Assembly: GCF_018350175.1 (NCBI RefSeq)
Contig: NC_058368.1
Coordinates: 180,422,001-180,486,000 of the forward strand
Reading direction: 5' to 3'
DNA from: Felis catus
Lineage: Eukaryota
DNA: 64,000 bases
A program made the position numbers and the translations under genes. Shown here piece after piece: positions 12,245 through 24,684 of the stretch (within the stretch, counting starts at the first letter, position 1; each line of letters begins with the position of its first letter). The notes beneath the pieces are model-generated. The model was not told the DNA's origin and made no database searches. It saw nothing but the letters and a program-made list of their open reading frames with translations.

Positions 12245-12440
12245 CAGTAGTTCTCAACCTTGAGTTGTATCAGAATCCTCTAGAGGGCTTGGTAACCCAC
12301 AGATGGTTGCAACCCCCCTCCACCCAGGTTCTGATTCAATAGGTTTCTGATTCTGGGCAGGGCTGAGAATTTGCATTTGCTACAAGCTCCCAGGTAATGC
12401 TGATATTTCTGGTCCTGGTACCATACTAGGACCCACCAGT
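12245..12440. mobile_element. MER5A (hAT-Charlie MITE)
   Basis: cagtagttctcaacc...cagaatc...gagaatttgcattt...acaagctcccaggtaatgctgat. Confidence 0.8.
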
Positions 12441-12496
12441 GGGTCCTAAGCCTCCTCTACCTATAGCCTCCTCTACCTCATAACTGCAGGGACTTT

Positions 12497-12693
12497 ATTT
12501 ATTTTTTTTAAGTTTATTTATTTTGAGAGGGGGGAGGGCAGAGAGAGAGAAAGAGGGTCCCGAGCAGGCTCCACAATCAGCACAGAGCTGACGTGGAGAC
12601 CGACCTGAGGCTTAAACCCATGTACTGAGAGATCATGACCTGAGCAGAAATCAGGACTTGGAAGCCTAACCGACTGAACCACCCAGGTGCCCC
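12497..12693 (-). mobile_element. Can-SINE
   Basis: Reverse-complement head ending ccacccaggtgcccc; TSD ataactgcagggacttt (12480-12496) / ataactgcagaggcttt (12694-12710). Confidence 0.93.
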
Positions 12694-15090
12694 ATAACTG
12701 CAGAGGCTTTAAAGAATGGTATCCAACCTTGTGTTCAAGAAATGCCTCTCCTTCTCCATGAAAGCTTTCTGCCTCCCGCCCCACTCTGCAGAGCCCGGTC
12801 ACAGTCACCCAGCCTCTCCCAGAGCACAGCCATGTAGGCAGACTGTATCAGCCCTTTGCCAGTGTTTGCTGAGTTCCTGTCCCACACAGTATCTTGCCTG
12901 AGGTCCCACAGCCAGTGAGCATGGAGACAGCATTTGGATCTGATCCAGGAACTCAGGTTCTCAACTACTGGGCTGGTCTATTTATAGTAGGCCCTCAGTG
13001 AGCATCATTTTCTTTCCTATTTATTTCACATCAAATGCCTTTTTTCACTTTGCATCCCTTTGCAGATGGAAGGCCAAGCAGGGCTGGGGGCTGGGGTGGG
13101 GGCAGCTGGCAGTACCTGGCCTGCCAGCTTTACAGGATCTTGTTCTACAGGTGCAGGACTAGATCACAGAGTCCACTGGCCCTATCTCTGCAACCATCAA
13201 GGTCTTCTGGGCACCCTTTGTGTCTTCAGATTGACACCTGCCATCTCATGCTATAGCCCACACAACTTCTATCAGCCTGGGCCCTCCAAACTCTGTATCT
13301 CGCTATCTCTTGCTGCCCCTGTATGCATATATCAGGGGCTCCAAAAACCTGGCTTCCAACCACCCCTCTTTTCCAAGGCTTTCCACCAGGATCACTGAAA
13401 GAAGCCTTTTCAAAGCTGAACCACGTATTTGACACTAGATGTGACCTGCCAAAGCCCTGGGGGGGCATGACTCTGCCCCCCACACCCCCTAACACTATCC
13501 TATGGGCAGCAGGGCCAGGGCAGTTTCCTGGGTTGCCCACCTAGGCAGTTAGGACCTTCCTGATATCTCTCCTAGATATTGCAGCTGGCTGCTCTAGGAA
13601 AGCACAAGCCGGCATGGCCTGGCTGTGTCTGAGAATCTGAAAAGCTGCAGACACCCAAGTGTCTGCTGACTGCATCACAGTGAGCAGACTGATCTAGCCC
13701 AGAAGCTCACCTTGTCTGTCCATCTAACTGCTACTTCCTTATTTTCCAAGATCACAGAGGACTACAGTAACTGACTACAAAGGAGCCTTGCACAGGAGTT
13801 GAAAAGAAAATGGTTTCACCTCTAAGAAATAGGACTTTTTTTAAGGGTTTATTTTCCTCCCATCATTTCTTTTTTAAAGAAGAAAATAAATAGAATGTTG
13901 TTCCCTGAAGGAAAGCCCTACCTAACAAGTGAACGTTCAACACCAAAGTGTTCTGAGCTGAAGACAGCTGAATTAAAGTCAGCAGCGAAACAAATAAGCA
14001 ATTAAAACAGCTATTTCAGGAAGCCCTGGAAAGCAGCAGATACAATATGAATTATTCATTCATACTGCCGGGATGACTTCTGGGCATTGTCTTCTGTGCT
14101 CTGTTCTCTTGCTCTTGTTCATTCAGCCATTCAAGCACAGAGAGGGGACACAATACCCCGGCCCTGGGACACGGGTGCCCGAGCACATGCACACGCACAC
14201 ATACACCCCACAAGGAGGCCAGGTGGCCACTCCAGATGGTGAGCCACACTGAAAAGAAACCCACAAGTTGGCAGCCGCCTTCAGCTCCAGTGCCAGGGGA
14301 GAATGTATGAATATCCAACTGGCCCAAGAGGATTGTGGGGAGAGGAAGAGAGAGGGAGAGAGGTGTCACAAAAGATCACCTGCACAGTGCAAGAGACTAT
14401 ATACAGTGTTCCTAATATTCCACAAGCTTCCTAACTGCTCTGAGATTGATCTGGGGGCTTTAAAGGCAATGGATGGGATCTGAGATATCAGCTGATCCCC
14501 ACCCTGAGCCCGCCTAGGGTCTGGATATCAAAGGGTGCATCCAGCTGGCCTGGAAGGGCTCCATCTGGACTCTGAAGTCATCAGTCCTCACTGCCTGCCT
14601 ATAGGAGAAGCTCTGCTATGTATCTTCTCTCCATCTAGGTGATGGTGATCAAGTCCTTTTCGTCCTTGGGCCTCTGTTTCGCCATCAATGAAACAAGGGG
14701 AATGGACTCAACCAAACCCTTCCAGATGTGGCATTTCATGGTGCCATTTTGTCATGAAAATCTAATATCTGAAGGTCAATGCTCCTCTGTAAGGACCAAG
14801 TGTCAAAACCTTCAGAGAGTAATAACGCTAGCACATGCTCAGTCCCTTATGTGTACAACATGGCATTAAACTCTCACAGCAAGCCGTTTAAGTGGCTCAT
14901 ACGAGCCCTGGCATAAATGAGAGGAGCCTTAGAGAACAACATTAAGTTGCCCAAGGCTGCTCAGCTATAAGAGGCAGCTTGAGGACTTGAATTTAGATCT
15001 TAATTCAAAAAATGAGTGGAGATCTCTGACTTACACTATTGGGGGGCCAGAAGAGGGAAGTAATTTAAAACTATCCCCTATAGGTTTACA

Positions 15091-15233
15091 GGGCTCTGTT
15101 GCTGACAGCTCAGAGCCTGGAGCCTGCTTCAGATTCTGTCTCCCTCTCTCTCTGCCTCGCCTGCTCGCATTGTCTCGCTCTCTCTCAAAAATAAAGACAC
15201 ATTAACAAAAAAAAAAAAAAAAAAAAAAAAAAA
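15091..15233 (+). mobile_element. 5'-truncated Can-SINE with long poly-A
   Basis: Starts mid-element at gggctctgttgctgacagctcagagcctggagcc; CT tract; long A run. Confidence 0.9.
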
Positions 15234-15236
15234 GCA

Positions 15237-15369
15237 GGGGGCACCTGGGTAGCTCAGTCAGTTAGGCCTCCGACTTTGGCTCAGGCCATGATCTCGTAGT
15301 TCGTGAGTTCGAGCTCTGGGCCAGGCTCTGTGCTGACAGCTCAGAGCCTGGAGCCTGCTTCAGGTTCTG

Positions 15370-15414
<45 letters not shown>

Positions 15415-15490
15415 GCCCCTTCCTCACGCTCTCTCTCTCTCTCTCTCTCTCTCAAAAATAAATAATCACTAAAAAAACAAACAAACAAAC
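15237..15490 (+). mobile_element. Full-length Can-SINE directly after the truncated copy
   Basis: gggggcacctgggtagctcagtc head, long (CT)n, (CAAA)n tail. Confidence 0.93.
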
Positions 15491-15821
15491 AAACTATCTG
15501 CTATAGGTTTAAACAATAAAGTCTGGTAAGAAGGGGGTTAAAAAAAGAAGGAAAACTGGTAAGAAGAGAAAATAAAGGCTATCTTTACCCCCAGCTACAA
15601 ACTGGAAATTAGGAATTTTATTGGGAAAACCACAGGTGAGGGTGTGAAAGACAAGGAGGAAAAGAACTGTGTATTAGGTAAACTAATAGAGACGTTCATC
15701 TTGGAGCCCTGGGAGCAGAAGTCAAGGCTGATGACCGATAAAACAGGGGTCAGAGAAGCACCTGATTCCTCAAAGACAAGGGGCCTCACTTGTCTCACTG
15801 TTTTCAACCTACTCAGGTGCA

Positions 15822-16400
15822 ACGTTTTATACACAAAGATGTTTAATGCAGCACTGTTTGTCATACAAAAAGATGGACACAGCCTCAAAATTGATAGGGA
15901 ATGAATGGTGGGTAATAACCATTCAGTGCAACTGTTTGAAATGTTTCTCATGAAACATTTTGGATGATACAGGAAAGAATGCTTATATTACAGAATTTAA
16001 GAAGGAATAAAAAAGCAGAATACAAAACTGTGCAGGAAGAGATGCCTGGGTAGCTCAGTCGGTTAAGCATCTGACTTTGGCTCAAGTCATGATCTCACGG
16101 TTTGTGAGCCCTGCACCAGGCTCTATGTTGATGGCTCAGAGCCTGGAGCCTGCTTCAGATTCTGTGTCTCTCTTTCTCTCTGCCCCTCCCCTGCTCATGC
16201 TCTGTCTCTCTCTCTCTCTCAAAAATAGAATAAAAATATTCAAAAAAAAAAAAAAAAAAAGAAATTGTGTACACAGCGTAATCTTACCTGCCTGCAAGAA
16301 AAATGAAAAATGACTACAAGGAAAAATGCCAAAATGTTGACCATGTTCACCTTTCAGTGGTGGGGTAATGTTCAGAGATTTTTTCTTCCTGCTGTTTTTA
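15822..16400 (+). mobile_element. L1ME-like 3' fragment, interrupted by a SINE
   Basis: acacaaagatgtttaatgcagcactgtttgtcata...; resumes after 16260 with aaaatgccaaaatgttgaccatg. Confidence 0.6.
16039..16260 (+). mobile_element. Can-SINE
   Basis: gcctgggtagctcagtcggttaagcatctgactttggctca head, CT tract, poly-A. Confidence 0.93.
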
Positions 16401-17149
16401 TAACCAGAAAAAAGACAGAAAAAACACTAAAAATACCAAGTATATCTTCCTACTCCATTTCAGTTCTTCTATTTAGAACCTCTTCCTACCCCTTCATAAA
16501 AAAAAGTCATTTCAAAATGAACCCTAATTTTCTTAGAGAAAAATTCAAAGTATAGAAATGTATTAAAACATTGAAAGAAAACAAGCAGAAACACTAGTTA
16601 CATGATCCTTGCTGAGGAGTGGAGCCAGGAAGCACAGTGGAGGCCAGTGGGACTCCCAGCGCGGCCCTGGGCCGGTTGCCAGCAGAGGAATACACTCAGC
16701 CCTCCTGGGTCTCCTCCCCAAAGCCTGCAGACCCCCAAAGGGACCAGCCTGGGAGGCTGTCTAGGGGCTGAGGTGAAAGGGCCTGGAGAGACCTGATAAT
16801 TATTTCTAGATCCTCCTCCCAAAGGCATGTGGGTAGAAGAACATAGAAGAAAACCAAACCACTGTCAATCACCCCAAATTATAACCAGTTAGGTTTTGCT
16901 GGAGGAGTGCCAGAGGAGGGTAATAAAGAGGGGGCAGCCTGGAATAGTCTGTGTCAACCTGAAAGTTGATGGAGATCAGATCATCCTGTCAGAACACAAA
17001 CTGGTAAAACCATAGTTTGAATACTTGGCCATAGGAGCTATTAAAACAACTCTCACTCACTCCCCCAAACTCCTCTGTCTTGACAAGGTTCTGGCTCAGA
17101 AAAATGGCAGCTTCCTGCTGCTTCTGGTGAGGACACACGGCTCCCAAGA

Positions 17150-17271
17150 CCACTCAATGCATACTCCATGCTATTTCCGATGCTCCATGCCTTTGTCTTT
17201 GCTATTCCTTCTGCCTAGAACGTCTTTTCCTGGGCATCTGTTTATCTAAAGCAGGGGTTGAAGAGTTGTTG

Positions 17272-17309
<38 letters not shown>

Positions 17310-17475
17310 TACCGTATGTCCTTTCATTGTTTATGTGTCTGTCACCTCCATGAGTTTTAAGAGGGCCTGAGCTGTGTCTTATCAATCATGGTAACCTCAG
17401 CATCTTACATGAATGGGCACCAAGCAAATGTTCACTGAATGAATAAATGAACTCATTAAAGAACAAATGAAGAAG
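17150..17475 (+). mobile_element. L2 3' fragment containing a (GTT)n(ATT)n repeat at ~17265-17309
   Basis: gcctttgtctttgctattccttctgcctagaac and aaatgttcactgaatgaataaatgaa are L2 3' hallmarks. Confidence 0.65.
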
Positions 17476-20109
17476 GAAATATTTCACTGGAATTCCCAGC
17501 AGGGTTCACAGAGAGGCCTTCTACCTTCCAAGTTTTGCTTGTCCTAACAAAGGGAAATTTGCAAATGAAGAAATACTTCAGGGTCCTCAGAGTTCTTCCG
17601 CATGCCTGACCTTATTTGAGTCTCAAAAAACTATTAGGACAACAGCATTTTTACCATCATCATCACTTCCCCATTTTACAGATGAGCAAACCAGACACTC
17701 TGAGACTTTCCTAAACTGACAGGGCTCCTGGGTTTGTACCAAGATTAGACACAGGCCACCTGAGCCCTGGCCCACTGCTTGTTCCTCTCCACCACGAACT
17801 CTCTCAATGGGTCTCCTTCCTCATTCCCAGCTCGCAACTAGAGAAACGTGGCAACAGTCCATTCTCCTTCCCCTGGGAGCGCACATCACAGTGGGTAGTG
17901 ACAGAGGCCTTGGGCCCCTACTCTCATTTCACTCATTAGAATAATCATCAGCGTGTAGAAGTGGATCTCCTGGCACAGGCATTCTGCAGCCCTTGGACAG
18001 TCTGCTTATAGGCCTGGGGTAAGGAGCTGACACTGGAGAGTGGGAAGGATCCTTGTGGATTGTCTATGGGCTTCAGTTATTGGTGAGCCACTGCTCCACC
18101 ACTACAGAAGATCCCCAGACCAGAGTAGGGCATGGGCTAGGGCCTCTCCCAGCCCAGCTGACACAGAGAGCCCTTGCCTGACACTGAGGTACTACTGCTT
18201 CTTTTCCATGGACATTAACACAGAGGAGACTGGAGCCTACCTTACTTAGGTCAGGGGAGCAGGCAAGGTCTTTGGGACCACAGAGAGCTGGCTTCCCAGC
18301 TATGAGGGCTTGTGCCACGCTCTTCCCCTCTGTGGCCTCATACAGCATGCCCCCAGCACAGAACAGGGCTCAACAAGCATGAGTTCCTTTGCTTCCTTCT
18401 ACTTTCCCAGGATTTCCCATCTCTGTATCTGCTTGTTGACATGTGGACTGTCTGTCTTTGCCACATAAACAGAGCCGACAGGCCTAACTTGCTATTGTCT
18501 TACTATAATGGAGCACAGAAATAGTTGATGTTCTCTACTATCTACTGAATGAATGAAACATAGGACTTGTGAGCATTCCTTCCTTTTCAAAGGGAAAGGT
18601 TTTGAGTTTGTGGGGGCTTTTTTTGAGGGGTCTTCTCCCCCCTTTCTCTCTCTCCCAAGGTAAAGTCACTGAGCCCAACACTTACAAAGCCAGTTCCAGA
18701 CTCCTCCAAAGAGTCCCAGGGGCACAAAGCACACAGCCCACTCCAAGGCCTATAATAGGTTCACCTTGAACTCAATGCCCTCCACAAAGTCCAAGGCGAA
18801 CTGAAAACCCCCCGAAGAACAGGCCTTGAGAAACCTCCTTGCAAAGACTTTGAACTGACAGACCCAAAACAGGTCCACCAAGGAGAAACTCGCTGATGGA
18901 GTGGACTCTGTGGACATCCAGTAACCTCTCTCTCCAGGCTGGCAAAAGTCAGACCCTGGAACTGGGTCCATGGTGAACACCCAGGCATCCCGCGAACTTC
19001 AGGAATAATTATTTATTCTTGTACACAGGGCACTGCTAGTGCCAGGCACACCCCAGGTTCCCCAAAAATGTAGAATGTGGAAAAGAAAGGATGATTTTTT
19101 AGTAAGCTAAAATGTACTTTAGAAATTTATCCAAATACTCGAAATTTTGCTTTTCCCTAAAGAACAGGAAAACCAACGAGAAAGCATTCAATAATGAACC
19201 CCTATCTGCTCAAGTGCATCAATACTGAAAAACAAAAGATGACAACACATTCATTTTTTGAAAGAGCCTAAGCCAACGAACAAATAACTTTTACACAGCT
19301 TTTATGCACCTGGCACCAAATACTATATATGAGCCTAAAATCAGCTAGAAATAAACACGTATTCATTCACACATGATAATATACATGGAGAAATGAAAAC
19401 AATGAAGACATTGTTCAAAACGAAACTTTCGTGAAATGTGCCACAGGATTCACAAAAAGGAGAGATTCGTGCATGGGGGAGTATTTCCAGGAGGCTCCAG
19501 AAAGGAGGCAGGAAGCCTAAGGGCAGGGATTGTTCAACCAAATAAATAATGCTGTATGTCTCCTACCTTCACAACCATGCCCTGTGCAGCAGAGGAAACT
19601 AAGGCCTTGAGAGGGGCTGTGGCTGGCCCAATGGTACACGGCTATAAATCAACAGCTGGCAAGACCTCAGTTCAGAGGCAAAGGCAGTCCAGCCCCCTTG
19701 GGGGCTTAGGGAGGGGAAGGGCGCCAACCCTCATTCTTTGGGGTGGGAGATGAGAAGGCTCAGCAAGGTCAAAGCTGGTGGATGCCAGGATCAGGGCTGT
19801 CATTAAGTTTGCACATTAGTAGCTTCTTGTCTCTTTACTTAAGAACTTTACATGCAAAGGGCAAGAACTGCCTCAGGGTCTGGAAGAACAGCGTGGCACT
19901 GGAAGAAAATTCTGGAAGGAAGAGCCAGGCTGGTCACGGTGGTGTAGCTCCAAGGAAGCTGGGGGTGGGGGGAGGTGAGGGGAGAGGTCGGGGTGGCCTT
20001 TCCTTAGGGAAGGCAGGAGGGGGAGGTGAGTAGACCTGCCAGTGTGAGTCTGAGAGACCCAGGGGAGGGTTTCCAAGTGGGAGAGAAGGCTGCTAGTGAG
20101 GTAGAAGGA

Positions 20110-20460
20110 ATGGGTGGGCTTTGTAGCACACAGGTCTGGGTTCAAATTGGAGTTCAGCCATGCACCAGCTGAGTAACTTCGATTTATTAGTGATCATGAC
20201 CGTGATAGTTCTCATTTACAGAGCATTACTGTGTGGCAAGCACCAACATAAGAGTTACACACACCAACTCAATTTAATCCTCACAGCAATCCTGTGGGAA
20301 GATTCTACTTTGTCTAATTAAGGATTGTCATCCGCATTTTAGATGGAAATTGAGGCCTGGAAAAGGTAAGCCAGTTGCTCGAGGCCTCACAACTGGAAAG
20401 TGGTAGAGCTGGGGTCTGAACCCCCACAAGCAGTTTCTGTGCTCTTAACCACCACGCACC
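20110..20460. mobile_element. MIR fragments (short + head, long - copy)
   Basis: ggtctgggttcaaatt...; tttaatcctcacagcaatcctgtg...cattttagatggaaattgaggc...ctcttaaccac. Confidence 0.75.
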
Positions 20461-22229
20461 ATGCCATTAGTAAAACAGGGAAGTTTTAAAACCAAGTTTA
20501 AAACATACCAAGTGATTTTCACAATCAGAAAAATGAAGAATGGAAGGCCCCGGCACCAAGTTGGAATTCAATGAATGGTAAGGGAACAATCAAGGGACAA
20601 ACCCAAAGCACAGCTGAGGTCACTCAGGCACAGGAAGTAGCTGTCAAGGGGATACTGTGTGGTTCTTGCTTCGTCAATGTTATCTGATCACCTGGCAGAG
20701 AGGTCCCATTCTTCAGACGACAAAACTAAGGCTCAGGGAGGTTAACCTGCTTAAAGTCAGAGTTGGGAAGCAGTGGGGATAGGAAGCCAAGAATGTCTCA
20801 ATTACTGGGTATACTCAGTAAGTGTGTATGCAACATATTTTCAGGTTGTAGTCGTTGATGTTTATTGAGCTCTTACCCCGTGCCTGGTTTTGTGCTCAGC
20901 GCTCTGTGTGCCCTGTCTCATTCTACACACCCAACCATCCTCGAGGTGGGTACTCAGATTAGTGCCAGTTAACTGGATAGAGGGTCCTAAGGCTGGGAAG
21001 GGGCAGCTCTGGAGTCTGAATCCACGTCAGCTTCTTTTACTGCACCAGCCACCCACTACATCATTCCAGGATGACTGGGCAGAGAATGTGGAGCCAACCA
21101 GGGTATCCTGGATGGAAAGAATACAGGGAATGAGAAGGTCACTGGGCAGCCACGCTGGTCTCAGGGCTGAGTGGAGAGTCTACTAAACGACACCATCAGG
21201 ATCTGAGTTGGCACAGATCCAGCATATCTGTGTATGCTGCCTTGCTGTCTCCCTGCCCTTCTCACACTCCCCCTCTGCCAGAGATGCCTGACCCCCTTCT
21301 CTGGGGAAACTCACCCCCGGGCATCAAGACCCCCCACCCCCACCTTCACCAGGTGCCCCAGGGGGCATTCTCTTCTGGTCTTCCAGCACTTCATTTGGAC
21401 CTCCTTCCCATTGTGTCCTGCCCTTCTCTCTCCTACTAGAATGGAAGTCGCTTTGAGGCCAAGTGTATGTTGGATTCGCTTCTGAATGCCATCAGTATTT
21501 TACATAGCCCGTGTGGATACCACGCTTTTCCGTGGCACACAGGACACTCCACGTGGCATATGTAAAGGCAGGAGTAAGCACTGGGTCTCTCAGTGAGAAA
21601 AGGATACCCTTTTCAATTCCCCTTTAGATTTTCAGATTCCAACGAGAACAGTCTCAGTCCGGTGATAACTCTGTCCTTAACCTACAACATCTGCCAGGCT
21701 CCTTTTTGTATAAAGTTAGATCAGACTGCAGGTTCACAGCCTCCCCATGAACTGTGAGCTAGGGATTGAGAACATTATTTTGCTTCATGGCTTTTGCCCA
21801 CAGTTGGGAAGAGGGAAAATAGGAAGAAGATGTACCAATGACTGAAGTTTGGAAAACCCTTACTTAACCCATTGTCTGCAGTCTTAGGCGTTAATGTGCA
21901 TTTGCTGAACACATAGCTGAGTAAGCCAATGAGGAGATGAACGAGTGAATGAATGAATGATCATGATAACGACAGGCTCTCCTCCATTTCCTCCCTGCTT
22001 CCTGCCTCATCTTGCCTTTGGCCAGATACCATTCATCTCTGAGTGGAGAAAAAGAGAACATAGCTTAAAAATAGAGGGCCCAGGGTATGTGGGAAAATTA
22101 GTACACCTGGTCCATGTGGACAGCCTCTTGGACTGGCCCTGGGGACCAGCAGGGGAAAGTATGAAGGACAGTTGTTGGGATTTTGCTGCCAAACACCGAT
22201 TTCTACCTCTCTGGGTGGGCACATTGCCA

Positions 22230-22880
22230 ATTTTCTGGGGGGCATCACCTCTCTAGGATTCATAGCCCGTGTGCTTTGGTGGGGAGGTGATTTCACCCCA
22301 GCTCTGGAGATACAGGCCTGACCAACCCTCCATGCTGTGCCCCCAAACCATGGCTCCTGGTCAGGGGCAGGCAAGTGACCCAGTACGGGCCAGTGAGACC
22401 CAGAACTTCTGACTGAGCCATGAAGGAGAGAGACCTCTTTCTGGACTTGTCCTGAATCCTAGAAGCCCATCACATCAAAACTGAGAATGAAACCAACAAA
22501 GCAACAGGCAGAGTTGGGAGGTGAGAGAAGCTATGGCCTGACACTATCACTAAGCCAACAGCAATTTTTTCCTGGATTTTTCCAGTATGTGACCTCTAGT
22601 ATTTAAATGTTTTTTTTTTTAATTTATTTTGAGAGATCACGTGCACAAGTGAGGGAGGAGCAAACAGAAAGGGAGAGAGAGAATCCTAAGCAGGCTCCGT
22701 ATTGTCAGCACAGAACCCCACATGGGGCTCGATCTCATTAACAGTGAGATAGTGACCCGAGCCAAAATCAAGAGTTGGACGCTTAACCAACCAAGCCACC
22801 CAGATGCCCCTGTGGCCTCTAGTATTTAATGTCCAATGCAGCTGAGGGCTTTTCCACGGGACCCTGTAAGAATAACCTGG
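22230..22880 (+). mobile_element. MaLR solo LTR (MLT1J/K-like), interrupted by a SINE
   Basis: ggtcaggggcaggcaagtgacccag...gccagtgaga, gaatgaaaccaaca...aggcagag and ctggatttttccagtatgtga resemble the MLT1J/K consensus. Confidence 0.55.
22607..22810 (-). mobile_element. Can-SINE
   Basis: TSD tgtgacctctagtatttaa (22588-22606) / tgtggcctctagtatttaa (22811-22829). Confidence 0.94.
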
Positions 22881-23714
22881 AGATAAAAGGTGAAACAGGT
22901 GTTTTAAGTAGCAGAGGTAGAGATAGCTCACATTTGGAGGGCCCAAGTGGATCACCACCCTTTCTGCTAGGTGAAATGTTGAGTACTGCTTTGAGGAGAC
23001 CAAGGTCACTAAGAAACCTTGTACCTGTGTCTTCTGCAACCTGTTAGTTACAAGGTTGGGGCTGGTGGAGCTGCTGGTCCAGACCACCTCTTCTCCAAGC
23101 AGGAGGGTTTGGAAGACCCTGGCCCAGTGGGCCAGAAGCACTCAAGCTCATTCCCAGCCCTGTGCTGCTATCTGCCAGCAGAAGCAAAGTGAAGAGCCAG
23201 TTTAATGAGGGAGAAGGAAAACAGAATTCCTTGAGGATCCTATTGCCTTGTAAGAGACCGGGATGTCACTCCTAGATTGGAGTAGCCACTCACTGACTGT
23301 GTGACCCTGGGCAAATTCTGTGACAGGTGCACAGTGAGTATTAGAGGGCTGGTAATACCGCCTACAGGGATATACTGAAGGCGAGGCTGCTTGGCCATGA
23401 GTAGGTCCTGCAGAGAGGGACAGGAGGCAGGAAGTTTTTATAGGGAAGAGAAAAGGGGGGGTCTCTGGAACCTAGAGGTGGAAAATATTTAACACAAACA
23501 AAAACAAAAACCTCCCTACAGTCGTAAAGTGGGGGAATGCTGTATATGAAAGGAGATTTCAGGAGGCTTGCTCAGAAATAGGTGTGCATGGGCAGAACTA
23601 GACTGGGGTGTTAACAACCTAGGTGCCCAAGAGGTCCTGCCCCTCTGTGGCCGAGTGACCCTGAAAGTCCCTGTGACACAATAATGGCACCTCAGTACTG
23701 AAGACTTTGAAATC

Positions 23715-24000
23715 ACATCTACTCATTGTGGAGATGGGCAAACTGAGGCCCAGGGAGGGGAATTGACTTGGCCATGGTCACTCAGTGGCAGAGCTGGATG
23801 TAGAACCCAGCTTGTTCCAGAACCCCAGGCATGTCAGGCATTCACAGCCTTGCTGTGCCTCAATTTTCTCCTCTGTAAAATGGGGTAACAGTAGTTCCCA
23901 CCTCACAGGGCTATGGGTGGTTTACAGGACAATGTGTGTGCCACCCCAGGCATCATATCTGGCATATGAAAAGCAGTCAAGGCATGTTAGCTATTATAAT
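23715..24000. mobile_element. Two MIR fragments in opposite orientation
   Basis: gagatgggcaaactgaggccc (-), then tgcctcaattttctcctctgtaaaatgggg...gttagctattat (+). Confidence 0.75.
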
Positions 24001-24652
24001 TTCCAGACTACTCAGGAACTTTTCCACCAGGAGAGAAACCCCTTTATTCCTACATTGCCAAGAACCCAGATTATAGTCTGGGAACTGGGCACCCCACCCC
24101 AACCAAATTCCTCTTAGGCCACATTCGGGAAAGGCCTTCATAAGGCTCTTTCCTGGGTTGATAATTTCTATCTTCCTTTGTGTTTCTCAAGTGGACCCTA
24201 ACCAGCCTCCTCCTCTATCCTCCATGCCCCCAGCTTTCCGGAGGGAGCCTTTGTGTTTCCTCCTTGGAGAAGCCCTTGTTTGTGATGGCCATCACTCCCA
24301 GCTGGCAAGTCAGAGAAGTTGTCCTCCGGCCGCTCCAACATCGAGGTGGGATAAAGGCAGGCCTGTGCTCGAGGCCAAGCTCCCACCCCACCCCGGAACT
24401 TGCTGAGAGGTGTGTTTCCCCAAAGGGACAATGATGTGTGGCCCTTCCCTCTTCAGGCAGTGCCAGCGCGCTTCCCATCCGGCCGTGGATTAAAGGAGCC
24501 TGGGTAAGTGCCCAGGCGGAATAAAGCCTGCAAACATCCTGGGGACGTGCCCGTCCTTGGCAGTAGAACAGTAGAGAGGGTGAGGGCAACAGCTTGGGTC
24601 TCCCTGAGCTGCACCCTACCTCAACGTGTGCGCAGGCACATGCATGCACGTG

Positions 24653-24679
<27 letters not shown>
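24653..24679. repeat. (CA)n microsatellite
   Basis: Directly visible. Confidence 0.9.
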
Positions 24680-24684
<5 letters not shown>

